Shown: positions 29,774 to 39,828 of the stretch, piece by piece
Position numbering within the stretch: the stretch's first letter is position 1
Layout of the letters: each line of letters starts with the position of its first letter
Origin: an uncultured Actinomycetes bacterium
GTDB lineage: Bacteria; Actinomycetota; Acidimicrobiia; Acidimicrobiales; RAAP-2
Assembly (NCBI GenBank): GCA_903873775.1
Contig: CAIQPR010000017.1
Span: 69,719-133,718, forward strand
Direction: 5' to 3'
Length of the DNA stretch: 64,000 nt
The notes under the pieces: model-generated
The model's database searches: none
Told to the model about the DNA's origin: nothing
Seen by the model: only the letters and a program-made list of their open reading frames with translations
Position numbers and translations under genes: made by a program

Positions 29774-31632
29774 TGCTGGAGAAGCCCAGTGGTATTCCCC
29801 ACGAGAGCGGTTGTTATCTGTACCGCAATGCTCGCGGCGATGTCATTTACGTAGGGAAAGCCCGGTCGCTCTCGCAGCGGCTCAGTAACTACTTTCAACG
29901 TCCGTCAGCCCTTGACCCCAAAACGCGCACCCTGATGCACGAGGCGACGAGTCTCGAGTGGGTGATCACTAAGTCCGAAGTCGACGCCCTCATTCTCGAG
30001 AACGAGCTCATCAAGACGCATCAGCCCCGGTACAACATGCGGCTGAAGGACGACAAGAGTTTCCCTTTCCTCGCCCTGGACCGACGCACCCCGTGGGCGC
30101 AGCCGTACATCACGCGTGGTCGGCACGTCCGAGGTGTTCGCTACTTCGGACCCTTTGCGCACGTGGGCTCTCTCCGTCGCACGCTCGACGAGGTCCTGTT
30201 GGCCTACCCGCTGCGGAGTTGTTCGAACAACAAGTTCCGTGCGCACGAACGTCAGCAGCGACCATGCCTTCTCTACGACGTTGGCAAGTGCGCGGGACCT
30301 TGCATCAACGCGGTGACGCCGGAGAGGTATGCGGAACTCGAAGAGTCTTTCGAGCGATTCTTTGAGGGTGACGTCAATATCTTGCGCCGGCAACTTGAGG
30401 ATCGGATGGCGCAATCCGCCACTGATCAGCGGTACGAAGACGCCGCACGAGCGCGTGACGGCCTCCACGCGCTCGGACGAGCCGCGGAGAGTCAGCGCAT
30501 CGTGTTGGATGACGCCAGCGAGCTGGACGCTTACGCGGTAACGATCTCCGGATCACGAGCCGCGGTCACGATGTTCCGTGTGCGGGGTGGCCGCGTCGTG
30601 GGGCGGCACGCCCTCATGATGGACCTCTCATTCGACGAGGACGACGCGACGATTCTTGTACGGGCTTTCCCGGAGATTTATGAAGACGGTGCCGCGGTGC
30701 CTCGGGTGGTGCTTGTGCCGGAGTCTGTGGCGGCACAGCCCCTCGTCCAGGAGTACTTGGCGCACCTCCGCGGCCGTCCCGTCACACTTATTGCGCCGCA
30801 ACGGGGACGTCGTCGCGATCTCGTGCGCATGCTGATGGACGACGGCGTCGAAGTCCTGCGCACCGATTCTCTACGCCGCGAGCACGACCACAATGCGCGC
30901 GCGCGAGCACTACAGGAGTTGGGAAGTGCACTCTCGCTACCGCAGCCGCCGTACCGGATCGAGTGCTTCGACATGTCCCACCTCCAGGGAACGAACTACG
31001 TCGGTTCCATGGTGGTCTTCGAAGACGGGTTGCCGAAAAAGAGCGACTATCGACGCTTCAATGTGCGCTCGGTGCTCGGTAACGATGACGCCGGCGCGAT
31101 GCGTGAAGTCGTTCGTCGACGACTGGAGCACTGGGGCTCCACTGACGGAAAGTTTCGAAACGCCGATCTCATCATCATCGACGGTGGCCTCCCTCAATTA
31201 GGCGCCGCCCTGCTCGCCTACGACGACGCCGCCCTGACGGCTCCGGTTGAATTTGTGGCATTGGCCAAACGAGAAGAATTGCTCTACCGACCCGGTTCGT
31301 CGGTGCCGATCGCCTTGGATCGAGGTTCGGAATCCCTGTATTTGGTGCAGCGCCTTCGTGACGAGGCTCACCGTTTCGCCATCACCTTCCATCGCTCGAA
31401 GAGAGGCAAGTCGATGGTGCGTGAAGCGCTCGACGGCATCCCAGGGCTCGGGCCCGCTCGTCGAGATGCCGTCATGACGCACTTCGGTTCGCTCGCGGCC
31501 GTCCGGGGAGCAACCCTGGAGGAGCTGCGAGCCGTACCCGCACTTCCCGACGCCGTGGCCGTCACCCTCTACGATCACTTTCACGGTACGTCCCCCGTGC
31601 GGCTAACCAAGGAAGGTGCAGTAGATGAATGA
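29770..31632 (+). CDS. uvrC: excinuclease ABC subunit C
   Basis: GIY-YIG domain (GCYLY...IYVGKA), [23 protein letters not shown], HhH. Start GTG 29770 or ATG 29773. Confidence 0.97.
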   Translation: MMLEKPSGIPHESGCYLYRNARGDVIYVGKARSLSQRLSNYFQRPSALDPKTRTLMHEATSLEWVITKSEVDALILENELIKTHQPRYNMRLKDDKSFPFLALDRRTPWAQPYITRGRHVRGVRYFGPFAHVGSLRRTLDEVLLAYPLRSCSNNKFRAHERQQRPCLLYDVGKCAGPCINAVTPERYAELEESFERFFEGDVNILRRQLEDRMAQSATDQRYEDAARARDGLHALGRAAESQRIVLDDASELDAYAVTISGSRAAVTMFRVRGGRVVGRHALMMDLSFDEDDATILVRAFPEIYEDGAAVPRVVLVPESVAAQPLVQEYLAHLRGRPVTLIAPQRGRRRDLVRMLMDDGVEVLRTDSLRREHDHNARARALQELGSALSLPQPPYRIECFDMSHLQGTNYVGSMVVFEDGLPKKSDYRRFNVRSVLGNDDAGAMREVVRRRLEHWGSTDGKFRNADLIIIDGGLPQLGAALLAYDDAALTAPVEFVALAKREELLYRPGSSVPIALDRGSESLYLVQRLRDEAHRFAITFHRSKRGKSMVREALDGIPGLGPARRDAVMTHFGSLAAVRGATLEELRAVPALPDAVAVTLYDHFHGTSPVRLTKEGAVDE

Positions 31633-32470
31633 GATCTTGCTCGTCGCCGGTATGTCGGGGGCCGGTCGTTCCACCGTGTCAGCCTCACTGGAGGATCTCG
31701 GGTGGTTCGTCATCGACAATCTTCCTCTGGATCTGATCGCGCGCGTCAGTGACCTGGCTGTGGCCGGATCTCCCGATTTTGTTGGCGTGGCCTTCGTGGT
31801 TGGACGCAGTGGGCGCGTACAGCCCGACCAATTGCTGGCTGTTCTCACGGAACTACGCGCACAGCAGTTGGACGCTCGCATTCTTTTCCTTGACGCCCCC
31901 GATGAGGTGCTGATTCGCCGCTTCGAAGGCACGCGACGCCGTCACCCCTTTCCGGCGCCCTCGGTCGCGGACGCCATCGCGGGGGAGAGGACGCAACTTC
32001 AATCCATTCGCGACAGCGCGGACCTCGTTATTGACACGGGAGTTCTGAATTCGAATCAATTGCGCCAGAGGATCGCCGAAGTGTTTCACCGCCCCGAAGG
32101 CGATCGGGGCATGCGGATTTCGGTGATCTCCTTCGGCTATTCCAACGGCATTCCGCGTGACGTCGACCTCGTTTTTGATTGCCGGTTCCTGCCGAACCCG
32201 CACTGGGTCGAATCGTTGCGGCCCTTTTCGGGTTTGGACGAGGCGGTCGCGACGTACGTGCTCGAGCACGATGACGCCCAGCGATTCATTACGGACGTCG
32301 TGTCGATGCTCACGTGGCAGATTCCCGCCTTTGCCAAGGAGGGAAAGTCGTACCTCTCGGTGGCGATCGGCTGCACGGGGGGACGCCACCGGTCCGTAGC
32401 GATCACGGAGGAAATTGGGCGGCGCCTGCCCTTCAAGGCCGCGGTGTTCCACCGGGACGTTGATCGATGA
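31625..32470 (+). CDS. rapZ: RNase adapter / P-loop ATPase RapZ (YvcJ)
   Basis: GMSGAGRS, IDNLP, FDCRFLPNP, GCTGGRHRS. Confidence 0.96.
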   Translation: MNEILLVAGMSGAGRSTVSASLEDLGWFVIDNLPLDLIARVSDLAVAGSPDFVGVAFVVGRSGRVQPDQLLAVLTELRAQQLDARILFLDAPDEVLIRRFEGTRRRHPFPAPSVADAIAGERTQLQSIRDSADLVIDTGVLNSNQLRQRIAEVFHRPEGDRGMRISVISFGYSNGIPRDVDLVFDCRFLPNPHWVESLRPFSGLDEAVATYVLEHDDAQRFITDVVSMLTWQIPAFAKEGKSYLSVAIGCTGGRHRSVAITEEIGRRLPFKAAVFHRDVDR

Positions 32471-33324
32471 GAGCTGTCGCGGTCGGGGGTGGACACGGCA
32501 CAGCGGTGTCGCTACGCGCGCTGCGGCAGTTGACGTCCGAGGTGACCGGGATCGTGTCGGTGGCCGATAACGGAGGATCGTCAGGACGCCTGCGCGAAGA
32601 CTTGGAAATGGCCGCGGTAGGGGATATTCGTAAGTGCTTGGCGGCCCTCGCCGACTCTCACGGCCCGCTCACCGCGCACCTGGAGCATCGGTTTCGCGCT
32701 GGCGACTTGGAGGGACACGCCTTTGGCAATCTCCTTCTCGCGGGGCTGATTGACGCCACGGGTGACCTTGAAGGCTCGGTGCGGGCGATTGGAACGGTCC
32801 TCAACATCACGGGAGAGGTCCTGCCGGCGTCGACGGCGGGAGTGGTCCTCGTGGCGCGCACCGACGAAGGTCGCACGGAGGGTCAAGTGGAAGTCGCCGC
32901 ATCCACGAATATTCGGTCGCTCTCAACGGAGCCCGCAACCATTGGTGTGCCCGAGCGCGCGGTGTCGGCTCTCGCACACGCGGACCTCGTTGTCATTGGC
33001 CCGGGTTCTCTCTACACCTCCGTACTCGCAGCGTGCGTCATTCCAGGGATGACTGCGGCATTGGCGTCTACGCCCGCACTACGGGTGTTCGTGGCGAATC
33101 TGCACGAGCAAACGCCGGAGACGCAAGGGTATTCCGTCGCTGACCACGTAAGTGCCCTCGCCCGACACGGGGTTCCCGTCGACGTGGTCGTTCTCGACCG
33201 CTCGTGCGGCCTGGTGCGCGGCGACATCAGCCATCGGGTCGTAGAGGCCGACATCGCTGGACGAAATGGTCGGGTGCACGACGCCGAGAAAATGGCACGT
33301 TGTTTCGCCGAATTGGTGGCATGA
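32467..33324 (+). CDS. yvcK: gluconeogenesis factor / UDP-GlcNAc-binding protein YvcK
   Basis: GGGHG, VADNGGSSGRLR, GDIRKC, GHAFGNL, GPGSLYTS. Confidence 0.95.
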   Translation: MRAVAVGGGHGTAVSLRALRQLTSEVTGIVSVADNGGSSGRLREDLEMAAVGDIRKCLAALADSHGPLTAHLEHRFRAGDLEGHAFGNLLLAGLIDATGDLEGSVRAIGTVLNITGEVLPASTAGVVLVARTDEGRTEGQVEVAASTNIRSLSTEPATIGVPERAVSALAHADLVVIGPGSLYTSVLAACVIPGMTAALASTPALRVFVANLHEQTPETQGYSVADHVSALARHGVPVDVVVLDRSCGLVRGDISHRVVEADIAGRNGRVHDAEKMARCFAELVA

Positions 33325-33352
33325 TTAACCGGCTCTAGTTTGAGAGGTGTCC

Positions 33353-34366
33353 ATGACAGTGCGAGTAGGTATCAACGGATTCGGTCGAATTGGGCGTGGT
33401 TTCTTACGCGCGACGCTCGGCAGCGACGTCGAAGTAGTCGCCATTAACGACCTCACATCAGTCGAGATGAACGCCCATTTGCTGAAGTACGACTCCACGC
33501 AGGGTCGTCTCGGCGTGGCGATTGAGCACTCGGATGACGCGTTGATCGTTGACGGACGCTCCATCAAGGTGTTGGCCGAGCGCGAGCCCGTCAAGTTGCC
33601 ATGGGGCGAGCTCGGTGTCGATGTGGTTATTGAGTCCACGGGTCGCTTCACGGACCGCGAAGGCGCCAGTGCGCACCTCACCGCGGGAGCAACGCGCGTG
33701 ATTGTGTCGGCGCCCGCAACCGACGTCGACGCCACGTTTGTCGTCGGTGTGAATGACGACACCTTCGACCCGGCCGCGCACTTCGTCGTGTCGAATGCGT
33801 CGTGCACGACGAATTGTTTCGTGCCCATGGTCAAAGTGTTGGATGACGCTTTCGGTGTGGCGAACGGCCTCATGACCACCGTGCACGCGTACACCAACGA
33901 CCAGAACCTCTTGGACCTGCCACACAAGGACCTCCGTCGGGCTCGAGCCGCCGCGGTCAATATTGTCCCGACGGCCACCGGCGCAGCACGAGCCACAGGG
34001 CTCGTGCTGTCCGCGATGAAGGGTCGCCTGGACGGGACCTCGTTGCGCGTGCCGATCCCTGACGGCTCCATCACGGACTTCACCGCTATCACTCGGACAA
34101 CGTCGATTGAAGAAGTAAACGCCGCGTTTGCGGCCGCTGCGGCGGAGGGTCCTCTCAAGGGTGTTCTCGTGTACACCGAGGATCCCATTGTGTCCGCGGA
34201 CATCGTGGGGCAGCCAGCGTCGTGCACCTTTGACGCGCAGATGACGATGGTTCAGCAGATCAACGACGAGCAGAGCCTGGTCAAGATCTTCGGTTGGTAC
34301 GACAACGAGTGGGGTTACTCGAATCGCCTGGTCGACCTCGCTGCTCTCATGGGATCGCGATCCTGA
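33353..34366 (+). CDS. gap: glyceraldehyde-3-phosphate dehydrogenase (type I)
   Basis: [27 protein letters not shown]. Confidence 0.98.
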   Translation: MTVRVGINGFGRIGRGFLRATLGSDVEVVAINDLTSVEMNAHLLKYDSTQGRLGVAIEHSDDALIVDGRSIKVLAEREPVKLPWGELGVDVVIESTGRFTDREGASAHLTAGATRVIVSAPATDVDATFVVGVNDDTFDPAAHFVVSNASCTTNCFVPMVKVLDDAFGVANGLMTTVHAYTNDQNLLDLPHKDLRRARAAAVNIVPTATGAARATGLVLSAMKGRLDGTSLRVPIPDGSITDFTAITRTTSIEEVNAAFAAAAAEGPLKGVLVYTEDPIVSADIVGQPASCTFDAQMTMVQQINDEQSLVKIFGWYDNEWGYSNRLVDLAALMGSRS

Positions 34367-34368
34367 CC

Positions 34369-35502
34369 ATGCGTCTGCCTTCGATCGACGACTGGGGTTC
34401 ACTCGCGGGAGCGAACGTACTGGTGCGCGTGGACTTCAACGTTCCGATGAAGGAAGTCGACGGTCACATGACGGTGGTCGACGACTTCCGTATTCGTGCC
34501 GCCGTGCCTCTCTTCGAAGATCTCATGTCGCGGGGGGCGCACGTTGTGGCGTGCACGCACATCGGCCGACCCAAGGGTCACGATGAGAAACTCTCCGTGG
34601 CGCCGATTCGTCGTCGCTTGGAAGAGCTGTGTCCGGGCGTGGAGTTGCTAGAGAATCTCCGCTACGAACCCGGCGAGGAGGCCAACGACGAAGAGTTCGG
34701 CCGTCTGTTGGTGAAGGGATTTGACTACTACGTCAATGAAGCTTTCGGCGTGTCGCACCGGGCACACGCGTCCATCGTCGCTCCGCCGAAATTCATGCGG
34801 AGTGCCGCGGGGCCCAATCTGATTCGAGAGGTCGAGACTCTTCTCGGAGTGTTTGATCAGCCCGCCGGCCCGTTCGTCGCCATTGTCGGTGGCGCCAAGG
34901 TGGCTGACAAGCTGTCCGTGACGGCCAAGTTGGTCGAGAAGGCGGACACTGTCATTGTCGGCGGCGGCATGGCGTTTACGTTCTGGCGAGCTCTCGGCCA
35001 CTCGATCGGCGGTTCATTGGTGGACGACAGCAAGGTTGATGCGTGTCGCGAGTTGCTCGAGACGGGACGCATCGTGTTGCCGACGGATGCGCTCGGACTT
35101 CCTTCGGGATCCCCCTTCGGCGGGGGAGGGGACGAGGAAGCCAGTCTTTTCGGCTCCTCCATTCCGGACGGCTTTGTGGGTCTCGATATTGGACCCGCGT
35201 CGGTTGAGCATTTCTCGGACATCATCGCGAACGCCGGCACCATCCTCTGGAACGGTCCCATGGGGGTTTTTGAGGACCCCCGACTCGAGGCGGGTACTCG
35301 CGCCGTCGCCCAGGCGGTAGCCGCCAGCGACGCGTTCTCCATCATCGGTGGTGGTGATTCCGCCGCGGCGGTGGCGAAGTTCGGCGTTGAGGACCAAGTC
35401 AGCTTCGTGTCAACCGGTGGTGGCGCGTCTCTGGAATTGCTTGAATTTGGCACGCTTCCGGGGCTGACGGCTCTCGTGGAGTGCCCCTGGAACCAGAAGT
35501 AG
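34369..35502 (+). CDS. pgk: phosphoglycerate kinase
   Basis: VRVDFNVP, GGAKVADK, WNGPMGVFE, STGGGASLE. Start ATG 34369. Confidence 0.97.
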   Translation: MRLPSIDDWGSLAGANVLVRVDFNVPMKEVDGHMTVVDDFRIRAAVPLFEDLMSRGAHVVACTHIGRPKGHDEKLSVAPIRRRLEELCPGVELLENLRYEPGEEANDEEFGRLLVKGFDYYVNEAFGVSHRAHASIVAPPKFMRSAAGPNLIREVETLLGVFDQPAGPFVAIVGGAKVADKLSVTAKLVEKADTVIVGGGMAFTFWRALGHSIGGSLVDDSKVDACRELLETGRIVLPTDALGLPSGSPFGGGGDEEASLFGSSIPDGFVGLDIGPASVEHFSDIIANAGTILWNGPMGVFEDPRLEAGTRAVAQAVAASDAFSIIGGGDSAAAVAKFGVEDQVSFVSTGGGASLELLEFGTLPGLTALVECPWNQK

Positions 35503-35509
35503 TTGAGAC

Positions 35510-36274
35510 ATGCGCTCTGAAATTATTGGCAATTGGAAGATGAACCTCGATCACGTCGAGGCCATCCATTTGACCCAACAGATCGGCGTTCTGTTGCGCG
35601 CCGCCGCTCACGAGAATGTTGACGTGATCGTCGCACCTCCGTCGGTGGATCTGCGATCCGTGACGTCAGTTATCGATGCCGACCGTTTGCCGATTGGGGT
35701 CGCTGCACAGCACGTCTCGTCGTTGGACAAGGGCGCCTACACGGGTGAAATCAGTGTCGCCATGCTGCGTCGCTTGGGTGTGACCTCCGTGTTGGTCGGT
35801 CACTCTGAGCGGCGCGCCTATTACGGGATGACCGACGAGGTCGTCAATGCCACGGCGGCTGCGGCTCTCAAGGGCGGCCTGCGTCCGGTGATCTGCGTGG
35901 GTGAAAGCGCCGACGTGCGTGGTGCGGACGAACACGAGACGTTCGTTGCAGGACAAGTGGCGGCTGCCGTCGAAGGTCTCACGGGTGGACCGGTCGCAGT
36001 TGCGTATGAACCGATTTGGGCAATCGGCACGGGCGACACTGCGTCCGTCGAGCAGGTGGCGCGTATGGCCTCCGTGATTCGTGAAGCTCTGCCGGTGGCG
36101 CTGCGCGCGGACACCCCCGTCCTGTACGGCGGATCCGTGAATCCTGACAACGCCAAGGAACTGTCCACCAATGGCAATGTGAACGGCTTTCTGGTTGGTG
36201 GAGCGAGTTTGGTGGCCGCGCAGTTCGTAGAGATTGTGACGATTGCGAGCGAATGCTACGGTAAGAGCCGGTAA
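35510..36274 (+). CDS. tpiA: triosephosphate isomerase
   Basis: GNWKM, GHSERR, AYEPIWAIGTG, LYGGSV. Confidence 0.97.
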   Translation: MRSEIIGNWKMNLDHVEAIHLTQQIGVLLRAAAHENVDVIVAPPSVDLRSVTSVIDADRLPIGVAAQHVSSLDKGAYTGEISVAMLRRLGVTSVLVGHSERRAYYGMTDEVVNATAAAALKGGLRPVICVGESADVRGADEHETFVAGQVAAAVEGLTGGPVAVAYEPIWAIGTGDTASVEQVARMASVIREALPVALRADTPVLYGGSVNPDNAKELSTNGNVNGFLVGGASLVAAQFVEIVTIASECYGKSR

Positions 36275-36283
36275 TCGGAGGTT

Positions 36284-36520
36284 GTGGCCGTGCTGACGTG
36301 GCTGATCATCATCGTGGAAATCATTAGTGCCATCGCGCTGATCTTCCTTATTCTCATGCACTCGGGTCGCGGTGGCGGTATCTCTGACCTTGCCGGTGGT
36401 TCCCTCGGTTCGATGGCGCAAGGTTCCACCGTGGTGGAGCAGAATCTTGACCGCATCACCGTGGCAGTCGCGCTCGTCTTCGCCTTCGCTACGTTGGCTC
36501 TTGACCTCCGGCTTCAGTAG
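36284..36520 (+). CDS. secG: preprotein translocase subunit SecG
   Basis: Two TMs, ILMHSGRGGGISD, EQNLDRIT; follows tpiA. Confidence 0.95.
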   Translation: MAVLTWLIIIVEIISAIALIFLILMHSGRGGGISDLAGGSLGSMAQGSTVVEQNLDRITVAVALVFAFATLALDLRLQ

Positions 36521-38147
36521 TCGCGTCGCGCTGAGTGGCCTCTTACTGGCCGGCTCTCTCTTCGTAGGTTCTGTCGCCGCGCGTGCCGCCACCACGGGTG
36601 GAGGAACACTGACGGTGTCGCTGCCGGGCCCTCTACGGGGCTGCGGGTACTACGACCACAACACCAGCCCCTCGCTGAGAGCTCTGCTCGACCTCATTCG
36701 GCCGTCGGCCTTCACCCCGTCGGTCGGCGACATTCCCGTCGGTGGAAACGGCCCCATCAGCGCCGCGTCGGTGACGTCGCTGTCACCACAAACTGTGCAG
36801 TACACCATTTCGCCGGGCTTCGAATGGAGTAACGGAGCACCCTTCACCGCTACCGACCTTTTAGCGTGGTTTAACAAGGTGCGGACGGTCTCGTCCACGC
36901 AGGCTGACGGCTACCGCGATATTTCCTCTTTCACGGTCAATCCCGCACAAACGGTCGCCACCGCCGTGTTCACGAAGCCCTACGCCGACTGGAGCACGTT
37001 GTTTCGCGACATCGACTTTCGAGGAACTCCTCTCGGATGCACGATGGCGTCCCTCGTGAATCGGCCAAGTTTGGGACCCTACGACCTGATTTCCGTCTCA
37101 CCAACATCGGCAACGCTGGCGGTGGATCCACGGTGGACGGGACAGCAGCCCGCGTACACCTACGTGATTGTTCGTACCGATATGCCCGTCGGGCTCTTTC
37201 CCAACCACGCGGCGGTGGGCTATCTAACGTCAGCGACTCCGTCGTACCTGCTGCACATCTCGAATCGTCCGTACGTGTCGGGCCACATCTCGCCCTCGGA
37301 CCAAATCGTGAACGTTGGATATTCGTCACGGGCACCGAGTGTGGCCTCGTTGGTCGTTCGGGAGTTCCTCAGCCTGGCGCTAGATCGACAAAGCATGATT
37401 AATCAGGTCTTCGGTCCTGTCACGTACACGCCGGCGCTCGCCGATTCCTACATTTATGCTCAGTCGAGCGCGTATCACGGTGAAGCGAGTGGATATACCC
37501 CGTACACACAAAGTGCCCTCGTCCCACTCGAGACAGTGCCCACCAGTGTCAATCAGGACTGCGTCGCGTGCGCCATTCCCACCCTCACGAACGCCGGCTA
37601 CACCCGTCGACGTGGAGTGTGGATCTCTCCTAAAGGGTCTCCACTCGTGATTCGCGTGGCCGTCGGTCCGAGCTCGGTCGATCGCGCGACGGCGGCTGTC
37701 GCACTCGCGCAATGGCGCCACGCAGGCGTTGTGGTCCGCGTTGTTGCTGCAGCTAGCGATCAAACGGTCACGGCTGATCTCGCTCGGGGTGTGGCGAGCG
37801 TGGGGGTGTACACGATGCCTGTCGGACTCGTGCCGGGTCAGGTCGCGCGGGGCTGGACGGGGGTGAACGGTGGTGATGACTTCGACCTCGGCTGGCGATC
37901 AGCGGCGATCGATGCCCTCTACACGCAAGCGCAGGCGACCTATAACCCGGTCGACGCAACGCAGGACTATTTGCAGATTGACGCGATCGTCGCAACCAAT
38001 TGGTGGGCCCGCCCGCTGTACACCGAGCCCCTCGTAACGCTGTCGAGTAGTGACGTAGGTGGTGTGGTTCCGACATCGTCCATTGCCGCGTTCGTCAACG
38101 AAATTCCGAACTGGATCTCGGTGACGCCCAGCACGTCCACTCCGTAG
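36501..38147 (+). CDS. ABC transporter substrate-binding protein, family 5 (OppA/DppA-like), divergent
   Basis: YTISPGFEWSNGAPFTATD motif, VREFLSLALDR, signal peptide ending AARAA. Start uncertain (TTG 36501 chosen; the ORF-track start lies inside secG). Confidence 0.75.
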   Translation: MTSGFSSRVALSGLLLAGSLFVGSVAARAATTGGGTLTVSLPGPLRGCGYYDHNTSPSLRALLDLIRPSAFTPSVGDIPVGGNGPISAASVTSLSPQTVQYTISPGFEWSNGAPFTATDLLAWFNKVRTVSSTQADGYRDISSFTVNPAQTVATAVFTKPYADWSTLFRDIDFRGTPLGCTMASLVNRPSLGPYDLISVSPTSATLAVDPRWTGQQPAYTYVIVRTDMPVGLFPNHAAVGYLTSATPSYLLHISNRPYVSGHISPSDQIVNVGYSSRAPSVASLVVREFLSLALDRQSMINQVFGPVTYTPALADSYIYAQSSAYHGEASGYTPYTQSALVPLETVPTSVNQDCVACAIPTLTNAGYTRRRGVWISPKGSPLVIRVAVGPSSVDRATAAVALAQWRHAGVVVRVVAAASDQTVTADLARGVASVGVYTMPVGLVPGQVARGWTGVNGGDDFDLGWRSAAIDALYTQAQATYNPVDATQDYLQIDAIVATNWWARPLYTEPLVTLSSSDVGGVVPTSSIAAFVNEIPNWISVTPSTSTP

Positions 38148-38170
38148 AGTGCGATAACATGGAAACCCAC

Positions 38171-38257
38171 GTCGAAGTGGCGGAATAGGCAGACGCGCCA
38201 GCTTGAGGGGCTGGTGCTCGTAAGAGCGTGCGGGTTCAAGTCCCGCCTTCGACACCA
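38171..38257 (+). tRNA. tRNA-Leu(GAG), CCA encoded
   Basis: Acceptor GTCGAAG/CTTCGAC, anticodon arm CCAGC-TT-GAG-GG-GCTGG, long variable arm, GGTTCAAGTCC. Confidence 0.97.
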
Positions 38258-38349
38258 GTGAGACATTCCCGATGGGGCCGCGCAGACGCCAGATAGCGGG
38301 ACCAAGCGCACGACGGGCGCAGTCATTTCTAGATTTTTCGAAGTGCGAA

Positions 38350-38895
38350 CTACGCCTCGGAGACGATCGTTTCGAGGGAGACTTCAGAGAGTTGCCGCCA
38401 ATCGCGCAGTGTTTTCATCAAAATGGTGAGAGCGGTTCCTGACAGAACCACGGACGCCAAGAAATAGATAACCAGCGGCGGTACTTGATTGCCTGGAATC
38501 AGTGACGAAACGCCGTAAACGTAGATGAGCGCCACAAGGTAGAGACCACAATTGACTTCTGTCCACGTCGCCATCGCGACGCCCTCGAAAATAATGATTC
38601 GTGCTCGATGGAGGTGAACGGCGGAGCCGCGTGAGTGGGGACGGGCGTCTTCTTCATTCGACGGCGACAACCACCAACCAATTGCCGTGACGGCCAGAAC
38701 AAAAGACAGACTCACGGTCCAATCAGAAGCCCATTGTGACAAATGAAGGAGTGTTGACCAAACACCTTCATTATGGGGTCGAGACAGGACGACTGTGATG
38801 GGCAAAACCACGGAGAGCAATACGAATGTCACGGTAAGGCCAACGGCAGCAATCTCGGTCGTGTACAGCTTGTCTCGAGATGCTGTTCCCCTCAT
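38350..38895 (-). CDS. hypothetical membrane protein (181 aa, about 4 TM)
   Basis: The only long ORF in a 750-bp gap; four hydrophobic segments; hand-counted GC about 53%. Confidence 0.6.
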   Translation of the reverse strand: MRGTASRDKLYTTEIAAVGLTVTFVLLSVVLPITVVLSRPHNEGVWSTLLHLSQWASDWTVSLSFVLAVTAIGWWLSPSNEEDARPHSRGSAVHLHRARIIIFEGVAMATWTEVNCGLYLVALIYVYGVSSLIPGNQVPPLVIYFLASVVLSGTALTILMKTLRDWRQLSEVSLETIVSEA

Positions 38896-39006
38896 GGTCG
38901 CAGATCAAGACCGCTAGTGAAACAAGGCACCAGATTGTTGAGGCCACCCACGACGTCCGCGCTGGACTCACGTTGATGTCAGTACGATGGCGCCGGAGGT
39001 GCGGAC

Positions 39007-39828
39007 GTGCGCGATGTTCTGGTGGTCCTATATCAATCACGCGATGACGCGCTCGCGCTCGCCACATCCATCTCGGAAACGTTGTCGACCGAGGGCATCA
39101 ACGTCCGGATCACGCTTGCTGACGTGGGCGCCGACCTAGAAACGCCCTCGAAAGACACTCTCGTGGTGAGTCTCGGTGGCGACGGGACGTTTCTGCGTGC
39201 GGCACGACTCGCGCACGGAGCCGGAGCCGAAGTCCTCGGCGTGAACTTGGGGCGCGTTGGGTTTCTCCTCTCGGTGCCTCCGGGGACCCTCCTTCAGGAA
39301 ATCCGCAGGGCCCTACGACGGGAATTGCCAATTGAGACTCGCATGGGGCTCATCGTGACAAGCGATGATGGAGCACTTCGTGAGTTCTGTCTCAATGAAG
39401 TGGTCGTGGAGCGCTCGCACGCCGGACGTATGGTGCGCCTGACGTGTTCCATCGAAGGTGATGAGTTCTTGACGTATTCGGCCGATGGTGTCCTGGTGTC
39501 GACAGCCACTGGATCCACTGGCTATAACTTTTCGGCCGGTGGCCCGGTGATAAGCCCTGATCTGAATGTGATGGTCGTGACACCCATCGCGCCCCACTTC
39601 ACCATTGACCGTTCAATCGTCGTCGGAGCCCACCAAACAATCCGTCTCGAGACAGTGGATCGTGATGGCGCAGTGGTCTGCGACGGCACGGTCGTCGGCA
39701 CTCTTGGTACAGGGGAGGGCGTCACTGTTTCTGCCGCCCCCGAGGGAGTTTTGGTGGCCGTCAGCGAACAGTTGGGTCTCGGTGCCCGACTTCGTCACAG
39801 CCTCCGTGAGGGACATGCCGAAGGTTGA
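39007..39828 (+). CDS. nadK: NAD+ kinase
   Basis: GGDGTFL, NE motif, STATGSTGYNFSAGG; SD GGAGG. Confidence 0.95.
   Translation: MRDVLVVLYQSRDDALALATSISETLSTEGINVRITLADVGADLETPSKDTLVVSLGGDGTFLRAARLAHGAGAEVLGVNLGRVGFLLSVPPGTLLQEIRRALRRELPIETRMGLIVTSDDGALREFCLNEVVVERSHAGRMVRLTCSIEGDEFLTYSADGVLVSTATGSTGYNFSAGGPVISPDLNVMVVTPIAPHFTIDRSIVVGAHQTIRLETVDRDGAVVCDGTVVGTLGTGEGVTVSAAPEGVLVAVSEQLGLGARLRHSLREGHAEG

Noticed and set aside
38240-39006. attR duplication of the tRNA-Leu(GAG) 3' end
   Set aside because: No second copy of CCGCCTTCGACACCA was seen by eye downstream.
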